Assembly: GCF_964204645.1 (NCBI RefSeq)
Contig: NC_134030.1
Span: forward strand, 2,398,778-2,462,777
Direction: 5' to 3'
Source of the DNA: Tubulanus polymorphus
Lineage: Eukaryota; Animalia; Nemertea
Length of the DNA stretch: 64,000 bases
In this document: piece by piece, positions 1-12,410 of the stretch
Layout of the letters: each line of letters opens with the position of its first letter
How positions within the stretch are numbered: position 1 is the first letter of the stretch
Translations under genes and position numbers: made by a program
The notes under the pieces: generated by a model
Database searches by the model: none
Seen by the model: only the letters and a program-made list of their open reading frames with translations
What the model was told of the DNA's origin: nothing

Positions 1-3000
1 GTATTTCGCGGCAAAAAAAAATTGCTTCGAAAAAAAGAAACGCCCTTTTGGAATACGAAACGCAATAATGAATCGACGTTTCTGCATCGTGCGTGTACTG
101 TTATAGTTCCATATATCATTCAAGTAGATAAAAAATGAATTTCTATATACAGAATCAATTTGTTCGGTATCCACATATATATACACATAGATTTAAAAAA
201 ATACTTTCTCATCTGATAGGTAGCTATGAGTTCTTGAAACTTGAAAATTTAATTAGATAAAGAAAAACAAAGAAAATTAAAATTCAAAAAAATTTAAAAC
301 TCTTTTGAAACAAGATTCGCTGCCCATTCTTACAACGAAATCGATAGAAAATCCCTGTCATACACTTTCCGAATAAATTTGAATTCGAACTTGATACTTG
401 AAAAAAGATTCGCTACGCATTCTTACAACGAAAATTGATTCACGGGAAATCGTGTGTCAATCAGTAAAAAAAAAGCGAACTATAACTTGTCCCTGAATTA
501 TCTGGTAACAAACCTGTCATCCCAGACACACGATACTGCGCCTTCCCGAAGAGAATCCACGTCCGATATCTGATGGTCCTCTGTAAGATTGTTGGTGACA
601 TTGACACATGTGTTTATCTATCGAGTTGTTTCCCACAAAACAGAACAAGTCGTAAATACATAAATCGTTGAGGACCTTACAGAAAATGGAGAGAAATCGA
701 ACGACAACAATATTCCGTCGTCCCCGCTCTCAATACGACGCATATCATATTGACTTTTTTTTAGTGACCGCTTCGCGTCAGAGCGACAGATACATGTGAT
801 TTACTGAGCTCTTCGGGTCCTGTTCCGAAAACGCTTTTGATGATGTCATTTATAACTGACGGATCGGATATGTTTACACAGATTTGTGATTGTTTTTACA
901 TCGATCGTCAGCACAAGATTTCTAAGGCTAAAAAATGATACCTTGTTGTTTTTCATTTATGCCGAGTTTAAAAGTTCACTCGACCGGCCGCCTATCTCTA
1001 CCCTTACTTTTATAGGAATCACGATCAAGCTAGCAATAACAGACCCGGCAGTTATAGAAAAAATGAACTAATTACAAATTATATTGCGGTTTACATGATG
1101 ATCCCGGCCGATCAGTAATAATAAGGTATAGCTGAAAATAACGATATAAATTCGATCATCTTGCACTCATTTTTTTAAACAAAGCCTCATTAAAATGAAC
1201 GCGTTTTTCGATACCTATTTTTTCAAATTATTGGCAGAAATTAATAGGCATCTTTTTCGATAATGCTTTATACATGCAGCTTATATTGGTCGGCTCCTAC
1301 GAATGCGTCAGGGCGTTTATTTCAGATTGAAATTGCATCAGTTGATTTCTAAAAAGTTGTCCAATAAAAACACTTTACATCGTTTCCATTCGATCATTGT
1401 TCAGGCGCGGAGTCTTGTGGGCTTTGTACAAGACCTTCAACTTGTCCATTGCTTAATGAACTCTTATTCCAGATTATTACTGTTTTATGTAACTTATTAA
1501 CTTCCCTCGTTGGTAAGGACAAATTCATACTTGGAAATGCTGTAAAATGCATCCTATCCATCCACACATTTTCAAATACGTTGCCTTAATCGCTCATACG
1601 CCTCCAAATATGCCTTTGAAATCATCAAAAGTGCCGTCAAATGCGTCACAAGACCTTCCAAAGTATTACTTAGCTCCCCCTGAGATCGGATACACCAGTT
1701 ATGGCTTAGATTTAATATCAGTCTAAGGTCCACATAGTTCTACCGCCAATTAAGAGAACTTTTCGATTTAAGTCACGACGACCGTGGAACTGGGTTATTT
1801 ACTTCATCGCGAAGGGGATGAAGTTTACAACATCGAGTCTCGATTCGACCATAATCGTTTTATTTATTTTGCTGAGAATGAGAGATGAAGGTGTAGAAGT
1901 ATTAATAGGTTACGTAGATGATTATCTGGCAGACGTAAAGCGCACTTGCTGACTTGATTAACTATTGGAGTAAGCATTAGGATTCACACTTGAAACACCA
2001 GTCGCAATCAATTCAGCTTCGTTATGATGAAGTAAATATTAGCTTAATTAAGTATATATATATATACAAACATGTCTTCTTATATGCGCGGTCTGTAACC
2101 GGCTGGTGCCGTCGTTTATCATATTTACCGAATTGCCCATATGTTGTGTCCACACAATTGACTATTGAAATTCCCCGTCAAAGGGCCCCGCGAGGCTTGT
2201 GTAAGATAACGGTCACGCGATTCGACTTATATCTTAACGTGGTTGGGTTTGAATACTGAATTATCATCAGGAATCAAACTACGAAACTGCGGAACTGGGT
2301 TCAGAACTGTAGTGTGTAATCATGATAAAACGCGCAGGGCCAGTTTTATAGACTAGTAGGCCTAATATCTTAAATCCGAAGTTCACTGAATTCATTTCAG
2401 TTGATTAGCCCCTGGTTTAAACAAAATATATACCAGTCTATCAAACTGGCGTCGGGAGCCTGAAAACAGGAGGAGTTTTGAAAGGCTGGTATTATCTTTG
2501 ACTCGGGGCTAACTCGAATCTTTGCAATTGATAAGCCCTAAATTAAAGTTTACACCAGTTGAAACCGGGTGTAGGACTCAATTCCACAGTCAATTGACGT
2601 TAGCCTTAAAAACGTAGGATATGAACCTATAACTGCTATCTCATATAGTTAAACTGAACCGGTGACTGTTAAAGCGGGTTCAGCGGGATCAACGTTTTCT
2701 AAATTCAGAATGTCACACGAGACGATCATGGACCACGTGTTTATCTGGGTGAAAACGTGACGACATGTCTAAACCAGCTGGCTACAGGTAGACTCCTCCA
2801 ACTACATCTATAGCCGCAATCACAGACCCGAGTGCATTCACACTGCGCTGTCAATAGCCGCCATTAAACGGAGACTATTTGGGCCCGGGTCAAACCGGCC
2901 CGGATCAGAACCGAGTCTAATTTGGCCCGTGCCTAATAAGAGAGCGCGTTCACATCGATCATTTGATACTTCAATGTCACCGAAAAGATGCTGTGGCAAG

Positions 3001-6000
3001 TGAGGTGAATCACTTCCAGAACCAGTTAGCATTCATACGCAATAATTTGACCCCTGCTAAAATTTGTCACGGGCCAACATTTTCCGTCGGCCCAAACTAT
3101 TATCAAACAGGCATTGACCCAGTTGGCACCGTTTTGACCGGCCCATTCGGCTAATACACTTGTGTATCGCCGCACAGAAGGCTCCTCACGTGCCGCGTCC
3201 GTTCCGTGGTCCGTACAGTAAACCGCTTGAATAGATCGATAAATGTCTATTAATCGAGGTGACTTTTCTCACAATAATCGTATCAGTCATGACTGTGTTG
3301 TCGTATAATTGATCCTGTTGCTCGACTAACCGGTAACTATTTCATGTGTAATTCAACAGATTGTCGTTTGGTTTTTTTCTGCGGCCCGTTCTGCGGCGGT
3401 TACAGACGCTTCACATACAATATCATAGTCGAAATGAGAAACCGACACCGTTGAAATATTACCCCTTAATTCAGGGATGCATTTAGGAACCTCCGACGCT
3501 GCTATGGCAATCGAGGATTCCACGTATGGCACGCAAGGATCCGGCAGGCGTTACTCTATTGCGCTGCTGCGTTACAATCGAGGACTCCGGGGATCACCAC
3601 CAGGTGTCACTGGTGTGCTGTAGGACGTTACTAATCAACGAGAAAAATCCCACAATAAATTCAGCCAAAAATGAAAAGTTCTATAGTAAAAAGATATATA
3701 TTTCGACAAACGTTTCGGTAGTAGTTACCCGGTCTACTGGGTTGCGTTCGAAATAACTTTAATTGATCCTGAACATTATCCATTGTCGATCATATTGAGG
3801 GATATGTGTGATCAATAACTTTCAAGTTAGTTTTTTCTAATGAATTCACAATTCGGTTTTTTCATTGTCGGTTTCACATTCGTACCATATTGCACTCGAC
3901 AGTGCTATTTCACGCGTTAAATTCTATTGTAATTTGTAACGCCGCAGTTCTTCACTGATATTTCAGCGTGATGTTTTTTTTCTCTCAAATACACAGGCTT
4001 TTAGATTATCGTAAAACGATATGGTATCGCGTTATAGTAGTTGGGCCGGTATGGCTGTATGTAGCTTACTGAATCCTGAATAAATACAGGCACGGGCGTG
4101 TGTTGAGGATACTTCAATTCATGGTTTGTGTTTGCGTATATACGCTGCTCGCTATAGTGACAATTCGATCTTGACGTCGAGTGCGCTCTTGACTAAAATA
4201 TCAAATCGAATCCGCCATATGATACACGTATAAAGCGAGAATCAGGCAGCAGTCGCCTGAACACAGCTGAAAAAAAACAGTTTTGTTTGCTGTTCTGAAG
4301 AGCAACACGGCAAACAATAAACCATTTTACAGTTCAGTCCATGCGCCATGTTTTTTGGGATGCCCACTGAGTCCGCGTTGTTGATTTCTTTCTAATTGAA
4401 TTCTTCAATTTCGTTCCTATCATAGCCAAGAGTTCGTTACAGTCACGGCTTACATTTTAGATCACATGCTATGACCATCTTAATTCTATAGCCAATCCAA
4501 CAACGAAAAGATCGGTCTTTTGACAATTTTTGAACATAAATCATGACTAACATGCATCTGTACCCACTACTACCTACTGGTCAGAATTACCTGGTGAATG
4601 AATAAATACTAGACTGATAATTGAAATTGTGATCACCAGTTTTTGAAGGCTGATTCCATAGTCGAGATTTTAATCCAATCGATCAGACATTAGGCTGTTT
4701 GATTTGCTGCTGCTGCTATAGAACTGAGATGTTCTTAGACTGGTTTTGTCCTAAGGCCATGATCATAGAATCGGGACTGGTTTTATAGATGAATGAGTAT
4801 ATTCTGATTCGGAGTGTCAGTATACACTGTGGAGTATGCACCAGCGCGGTTTGTACGGCGCTATATCTGTTTTACATGGATACAAACACATGAAACAAAT
4901 TGTAAAAGTAATTGTAATCGGGCGCTAGTTTTTATTTACGTCGTCGCCGGCGCAATTCGCGTCGTGTTAGATTTGGCAGGCTTTAAGCCGTCCTTGATGG
5001 GTACGGATTATTCCCCGGTGAAATAAGCCACAAGTCGAGAGAGAGAGACAAACGCGACAAGAGCGACAACACTCAGTGAGCCTGACGCAATATCATCCAC
5101 ACGCATACAAACGTATACAAAACTGTTTTGTGGGACTAATCTCAAACATGCAACACAATATTCAGGGCGTAAAAATTTTAAGAATTTTTGGGCTCCCGAA
5201 AATATTCTTTTAGGAACCTTCTTCTATCATAAAGGATATATATGTAGACGATTTAACGTATTAAAATCTTTTAAAATCATCTCGTAAATGACAGTGGGGA
5301 ATTCTCTCTGTCTCACCGTGCTCGAATTGTTTCATCGACGACCTGAGATTTCCGTACCGGTCACCATGTTTGGTCCAGTTAATCTTCAAGAACCTTAGTT
5401 TTCTGATGTACCGCAGAGCGACGGAGATCACTGTGGATACAACCACTTCCAGGACTGGATGAAGTTTTTTTTCACACATTCAGATCGGGAAAATGCCGTT
5501 TTCACAATCGTGGAAATTTTTCATAACTTCGGGTATGATAATTTGGTAAGGTTTGGTAATGTTCTGAAATATTGCGTTGTTATGTATCTGTTTTCAAAAT
5601 TCTCTAGCTCAATCCGGGAGACTAATTGAATTCGATTCATATTCCGTGATTCGTGCGCGTGTTGATATTGACTGCGGATAGTTATATTCGAATTTTAAGT
5701 CAACAGAAGAGTGTGAAACGGTGCCCTGGGAAAAACGCTCATTAACTATCATCATATTAACATCATTTTCAACAACGTGTTTGTTTTTTATATAGTATTT
5801 TCAAATAACTTTCGTAACGTCATTCACCAGTACTGTATAATTACTTATATATTGTGAAGGGTTCTTCTTTACGGTTCGTTTCGTGGTTCTTCGATATCTG
5901 ATATTTTCTTCTTTTTTTCTTTACTTGAAAACATCAGTTCTATCAGTTGTTAAAAAGACGCTGTTTGAAGTATTAGTAAATTAGTAAACTTTCACGTCGT

Positions 6001-7077
6001 ATTTCGATAAGACTGCGCGACGAACAATGGAAGCCGATCATGGTATTTCACATATAGGCTACACCGTACGCGCCACGTGTAGGCGTTTATGCAGTAAAGT
6101 CGCTTAATTAGCACTCTCTCATTCACTTAACTTATTAGTTCTAAAATACTTGTAGCGAGCGTATTGATCTCCAACGTGCTTCCCAGAAACATCATCAGAC
6201 CTATACGCGTATATATATATATATACAGATATGCGTTCAAAGCGATACATATTAAAGGTGCTGACGATGAGCCTGCGAACGGGTGAAGTTTGTCTATTTG
6301 TCTACGGTGAAGATATCGCTGGGAATTGCGGATCTAATTGGTATACAGGTATGAGAATTGGGTATTAATGGAACGCACCGAGTCAACATACTCTGAAATA
6401 CCGTAGAAATGATAAGATAGAGAGAGAGAAAGAGAGAAGAACTCATCGTGGAATATTGCGAGCTGGTTGTTAATTATCGGCCGTATTTTCGACCAATAGA
6501 CCACAGCAGATACATCTACGTATACGGGTTGATTCCTGGTTATTAATTAACCGAAGATTAATGATGAATACCGAACAAAATAACGTGATTTGCCCGTCGT
6601 TGATTGAGTTACTGGTCAACATAGCTCCGGGCTCCAGTCGCTCTGCAGTCATTGACTTACGTCACTAATAAGTGCAACTTCGCAACTCGCCTCATAGTTT
6701 GAAGCCGCCGTAAAGAATTATCCCAGAACTAATGTATATATATAAACGTTCGAGGTTCAATGTATTGTTTTTATAAATGGCTTTGCTTACAATGTTTACA
6801 ATGGTTTGTGTATATTCTGTCTCAGGTAAGAATGTGGTGCGAGTCTTTCAACTTCACTTTCGTCCAGCGTCTCATTTTTCAATATTTTCTATTAACCTAT
6901 ATACGTACTTCCTTTTGTAAATTATTTCGTCAATAAAATATGATGATGATCATTATAAGACTGATCTCAAAGCTAAGCCCTGAAGCCTGTAATTTGACCC
7001 GGGGCTGTTATAGTTGTGGGGTCAACATTTTGTCCCATGCGTCAGTTGCATAGTCAATGCTTAACCGTAAAACCTGT

Positions 7078-7209
7078 CTAAGACCTTCTTAGTTCTATAG
7101 CCAATTTAACAACCATGGCCATAGTTCGAGACTGAAGTCACATAGTGGTCTTAAATCTGAAGACTGGTCGAAAATTGTTAGATTGATTATAGAACTAAGT
7201 TGGGTTTAG
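7078..7209. mobile_element. Fold-back element built from the same ~46-bp unit as the 38.8-39.2 kb satellite; relatives at ~4470-4750 and ~21440-21580
   Basis: CTTAGTTCTATAGCCAATTTAACAA pairs imperfectly with TTGTTAGATTGATTATAGAACTAAG. Confidence 0.55.
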
Positions 7210-9588
7210 ACTGGTCTTATGACTATTTATGGTCATCACAGTACAATCGTGTGTCGCAGAAGTTTTGTTTTTTAACTAACCAGGTACAAGCAGCACATAC
7301 ACAATATCGACACTACCGTATATACATATACATAGAATCCTTCAGTTTGTAAGTTGCAACATGTGCAACTTATTGACGGAAATATCTTTGTTAAAACAAT
7401 TGATGCACACGATGACATTACAACTGTCTGCCCCTCTTCCTGTGTATACTTTATTGGGATATACGTATGTTCCCTCTCACTCTCTTTCTCTCTCTCTCTC
7501 TCTCCCTATACCTGTGCTTTATCTCGGATGAATGTATTTTCCCTCTCACTCTCTCTCTCTCTCTCATCATCTTCTTTCCCCACTCGCTCTCTCTGTCCTT
7601 CTCTCGCCTCTCTTCTCCCCCACCATATCTCTCCTCTCCCCCACCCTATCTCTCTTCATTCCCCTTCTCACTCCCTATCTGACCCCCTGTCTACAGGCCT
7701 ACATCATAAGTCGTAAAAACAGGGATATTCAATTATTGAAACATAAGCTACTTCAGTTTTCAAACATATTACATGTAAAAATGTCCTGGAACAAGTTAAT
7801 TGAGATATTGAGATATTCGACTGATTTTCATATTTCCAGCCCCAGTGTTTTATCATGTATAGGTTCTGTAGTGCTTTGCGCAGCCGTTGAAAATTTTAGA
7901 TGAACAAATAAATGAAATAGGCTATTATTGAGTCACGTGACTAAGTTAGGATCGAAACTTCGCTATATACGCAGACAAGTCAAATATAGGAAAATCACGT
8001 GACCGCTAGGATGGGGTCTCGTCCTCGTGTTGTACTTTTGAAGAAGTAACGCTCCGAAAATATCCAATTTTCGAAAGTATCAATGTCGACAAATTTGACT
8101 TTTTAACGATCTGTGCCTTGACAAAAAATTCAACCTCAACCGCGTGAAGGCTGCGAGGCTCCGGAATCCGAGCGAGTTTAACCCGTGATAGATTTGCAAG
8201 CAGCAAAAACAGAAAGTTCAGACTTTACGTCAAAATTATGATGAATCAAACAGTTTCCTAAGAATCTTTGAATGTAAGCTTTTTCTTTGCATATCCGAAA
8301 ATGAGTTTTCTTCAATGTGAGGGATCGGGTTGCCCTTTTAATTGTAATAATGTACCCTATTTGGGGGAGGGGTGTAGCCCTACCTAACCGTGGACCCTAG
8401 ATCCACCTCTGCCGTCGTCATACATTCAAACTATTTTTTCAGACGGCTCAATTCCGCGTTGGTTAAATCAAGATTTTCTATACAAAACGCGCTGATTTGT
8501 CTGAAACACGCGAGTGAACCATACAGACAACAATGAACCTTTTAACTTTCTACTGTTTTCAGAGAGATTAGAAATCTAAAAATATTCCGACTTACCGAAT
8601 TCTGTCGTGATGTGTTTTTTTTTTTAAATCCAACAAAATACAACTAGAAATCAGCGTCAAATCTTTCTCTAATTCATAACGTAATATTCTCGATTTCGAG
8701 CCCCTGAGACAACATCGGATTCAACGCCGCGCACGATTGAGTTTAGTTGTGAAACTGATGCTGAATTCAAACGGGTATCGTTCGCTCGCGCCGTCGCTTT
8801 CCGGATGAGGTTCGCTTGCGTTGTGATGATTGGTCGATCGAGTCAGCGAGAGTGGTAAGTAACATCTGTAACAGTCGTGCTAGCGGCGGCGGCGGCGGCG
8901 AGGTGAGTGTAGCGACCAGCTCGCCCGACTCGCTTAGCCGTGAAAAATGCTTCGTCCTTGTGAACGTTCTAAACGCGTGAAGAATCTCTCAACAAAATTA
9001 GATCCCGGAAAAATTTCTCGATTTTTTTTTAAATTTTCATTCATCGTAATTGAAATGACGTATTTCTGCGACGATCCAATTCTATTCTGTTGCGAGTTAA
9101 CTTTCACTTAAAATTATTTCCACTAAGTCAAATCTTAACCCACAACTATTGAACCGGATCCTGATTCTAACTAACAATATTATGAAGCTTTTCCCAGGAT
9201 CCTGCTCCTCAGTCTCCAATGAGTGAGTTATCTTTGATTCGAATTGAAAACTCACAACTGTGGAACTGGGTTGCTGAATATCATCTCCAAGAATTAGTTG
9301 TTCTAGAATTCTATTTCGAAACGAAATTATATAAAGATCCCACTAATCGGAAATGAAAGTAAAACTTAATTTTTTTTAACCATAGATTTTATTTTCTTTA
9401 TACATAATCATACTTGATAACGTGACAAATTCTAATTCTCCACAAATCGTCCAAGGACATTATATGTGGTTGAAATAATGAAACTAGTTGTCAGTTAGAA
9501 CGTGACTTCGATAAACATTGGAAATGACCTAATCTTTTTTATTCTAAGAGTTAAATTCGTAGAGTAGCCGTGTTAACCAGGTTTAAAA

Positions 9589-9766
9589 TAAGTAACGAGA
9601 CGAGTAGTGCTGTATAGGTTAACTATTTATTTGACGCACGAGCTTTCGCTTCTAATGAATAGAAGTCATGAGTCATTCACCTGATGAAGCTTCTATTCAT
9701 TAGAAGCGAAAGCTCGTGCGTCAAATAAATAGTTAACCTATACAGCACTACTCGTCTCGTTACTTA
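9589..9766. mobile_element. Perfect 77-bp inverted repeat (arms 9589-9665 and 9690-9766, 24-nt spacer); probable remnant of a Penelope-like element with inverted pLTRs
   Basis: The arms are exact reverse complements. The right half has a hammerhead core followed by AATAAA. Confidence 0.65.
9678..9718 (+). ncRNA. Minimal type I hammerhead ribozyme-like motif
   Basis: cac-CTGATGA-a-GCTTCTA-ttcat-TAGAAGC-GAAA-gc-TC-gtg: stem I cac/gtg, 7-bp stem II, palindromic AGCT stem III, predicted cleavage after C9715. Confidence 0.6.
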
Positions 9767-10459
9767 AGAGTCAAATTGTCAACCTGTCAAACAGTGAGAA
9801 GATAATTTCAAATTCAAGGTTAGACAATCATCTTATTCATATTTGAATATGTGATCCCTCAACATCTATCATGAAAAAACAAATGTCTTTAAGACATCGT
9901 GAACTGTTCGTTCGAGTTCAAACTTAATCCGATAATCCAATTTATGTATATATATACACGAAAGAGCAATTATAAAGCAAACTCATTAAACAGACGAAAA
10001 ACGATCCTCCTGTAGCCCCTGTACTTGATGAACCCTACGGGGTTTTTTAGTGCTCACCACGGCGTCACTTGTCGCGCAGAATTAACAATAACACGAGAAG
10101 ATATGCTCTAAATTCTAATCAAGATCGCGAGCGAATTTATGAGTTCGAAAAATTCGGTAATTTCAGATGTAAAACTGTAATGAAAGATATGAAATTTCGC
10201 CTCGTTACTCGGGATTCAAGTCATTCGCTATCGTGAATAAAACTCAGCGAACCCAAAATTAACCGCGATCCATTAAACCAGAATCCAGTTCTTCGGATGT
10301 CAGTTGAAATTAGCGCATGTTCTTTAATTCGAATCTTCAGTCAAAATTAAAGAAAGAATCAGAAATCCATTCTACAGTTCAGAGTTGCAGTTAGAATTAG
10401 TTCATTTTCAATGTTTCAACTCCACACGCATAGATTCTCACCGACAGGAGTTACTCGGT

Positions 10460-10565
10460 ATCCAGTTCCACAGTTCCTAGTTAAGATTTTACTATGAGTT
10501 AACTCATTGAAAATGGAGTTACTTTAACTCAGAGTTAACTCAAACTCACGAATGTGGAACTGGAT
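10460..10565. mobile_element. Short palindromic MITE-like repeat with ATCCAGTTCCACA TIRs. Degenerate relatives near 1785, 2575, 9255, 10660-10720, 13155-13317, 21360-21410, 30400-30482
   Basis: Perfect 13-bp terminal inverted repeat; the CTGTGGAACTGG motif recurs many times in the window. Confidence 0.65.
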
Positions 10566-12154
10566 CCGGAATCACAATATTCCCAATTAGTTAACTTGCG
10601 CTTTTTGAGTCAAAATCAAATTTTGAATTTGGATCCACAACCGATTTGAACTGGATACTGTGGAACTTGACCAAGAACTGGATTCAGAACTGTTAAACTG
10701 GATCCACAACTGTGGAAATAGGGTCAAAATTATTTCTCGTAGACGTTAATGAGAAAAGACTATTCGATACTGGTTGGAGATGTTGGAATGTCTGTTCAGG
10801 TCAATGGAATTTCTCTTAGAGACAGAAATCTCTGTGACTGAAGAGTTTATTTGTAGCTTCATTATTAGAATATCTGCCAAATGTCATCGTTCAGCAGAGA
10901 AAATTGAGATTAAGTCTCTGTTATTGACCTCTGTTGGGCTCCATTCAAACTGTCGACGTTTGATTTGTGAGATGTTTGCACGGACTCGTATTTCTGTTTA
11001 TCTGATTTTGCAGGCGACCGCGAGGAGAGATTTCTGAATAACTTGTCGTCTCGGTGAACAGGTCGAACGGTGCGGATGATGATTCCACACACCTGCAGTT
11101 ACAGGTTCCCGGGAATATAATTATGAACTGATGGAGCAATTAAGAGCTCCAACGGTTAAAACAGCAACCCTATATATCAACCTCCTTTTTGTCAGACATT
11201 AAGTATATTCATTTCTAGTCAAAAATCTTTTTATGATTGTAATCAAACTATATGAAGCAGTTACCCAGTGAATGAGTGCAGCCCACACAGCACAATAACA
11301 GTAACATAACACCCTAAGTCATCAGTATACATTAAACAAAGTTTAGCTTAATTCATAGTACCAAAACTGAGGAGAGATCTTAGCAAATATAATTCGAAGA
11401 AAGTTTTTCCAACAAATCCATTTCAATATAAGCGGCCATGTTTGTTCACGTGCGATTTTGATTAAATCACGCTTGAAACGTGAGAGCGAAATTTCAAATC
11501 ACTAAGCAAAACATGTTATTCATGCCTTGATGTCGCGAGGCGGAAAGAAAACTGAAAAGCAATCGGACTGGGAACTGTGGTTCTGGAATCAGGTTGAACG
11601 CGATATTTTTGCTTATCTATATAAGGAATACAGTATTCTATGGTGGCTGGTGTCTGATTCGTGCTACGCCGAGATTTTTCGACCAAATTTCATCGAAAAT
11701 CTGAAAACAAAGATATCATAGCGAGAAAACGAATCAGCCACTGTGGTATTCTGCGTTTTGAGGACTTTTAAAGATGGACTTATGTCGACGCGTTTTAGTG
11801 TGAAGTTCATCCTGTATCTATGCGAAAACTGCAGCTGAAAAAGTATGTCTATTGTGAAACGAAGCCTTGGTTCGGTTGTATTCAGGGTCGTTTTTCTTTC
11901 ACAACACTCAACGCGTACTCGAATCACTGATGTATGAAATATTGTGAATTTTAGAAAATGAACTCAATTCAATACAAAGTTCGTGCGCACTAGTTCAAAA
12001 ACTGCGTAAATCAGCGAATTTTATCAATAGAAAAATAACGCTCTCTGTGACAGAAATCATGGGAATTTTACCACCTGAATTTGATTGATAGTTGGTTTCA
12101 AGATTTGTTGCCTGATCACTTATTTTAACGAGCATGTTATTGGCTCAGTGTCCG

Positions 12155-12410
12155 CAATCTGCTGTCTGTACCCTGCACCCTCTCAGACAATTTGCTGTTT
12201 GTACCCGGCACCCCTCAGACAATCTGCTGTCTGTACCCGGCACCCCTCAGACAATCTGCTGTCTGTGTCCTGCACCCTCTCAGACAATCTGCTGTCTGTA
12301 CCCTACACCCTCTCAGACAATCTGCTGTCTGTACACTGCACCCTCTCAGACAATCTGCTGTCTGTACCCTGCACCCTCTCAGACAATTTGCTGTTTGTAC
12401 CCGGCACCCC
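12155..12410 (+). repeat. 33-bp minisatellite (CAATCTGCTGTCTGTACCCTGCACCCTCTCAGA), ~8 copies
   Basis: Direct inspection; some units are 32 bp. Confidence 0.95.

Noticed and set aside
6261-6290. Hammerhead-like CTGACGATGAG...GAAG
   Set aside because: Weak stem II, no GAAA, and no stem I or III support.
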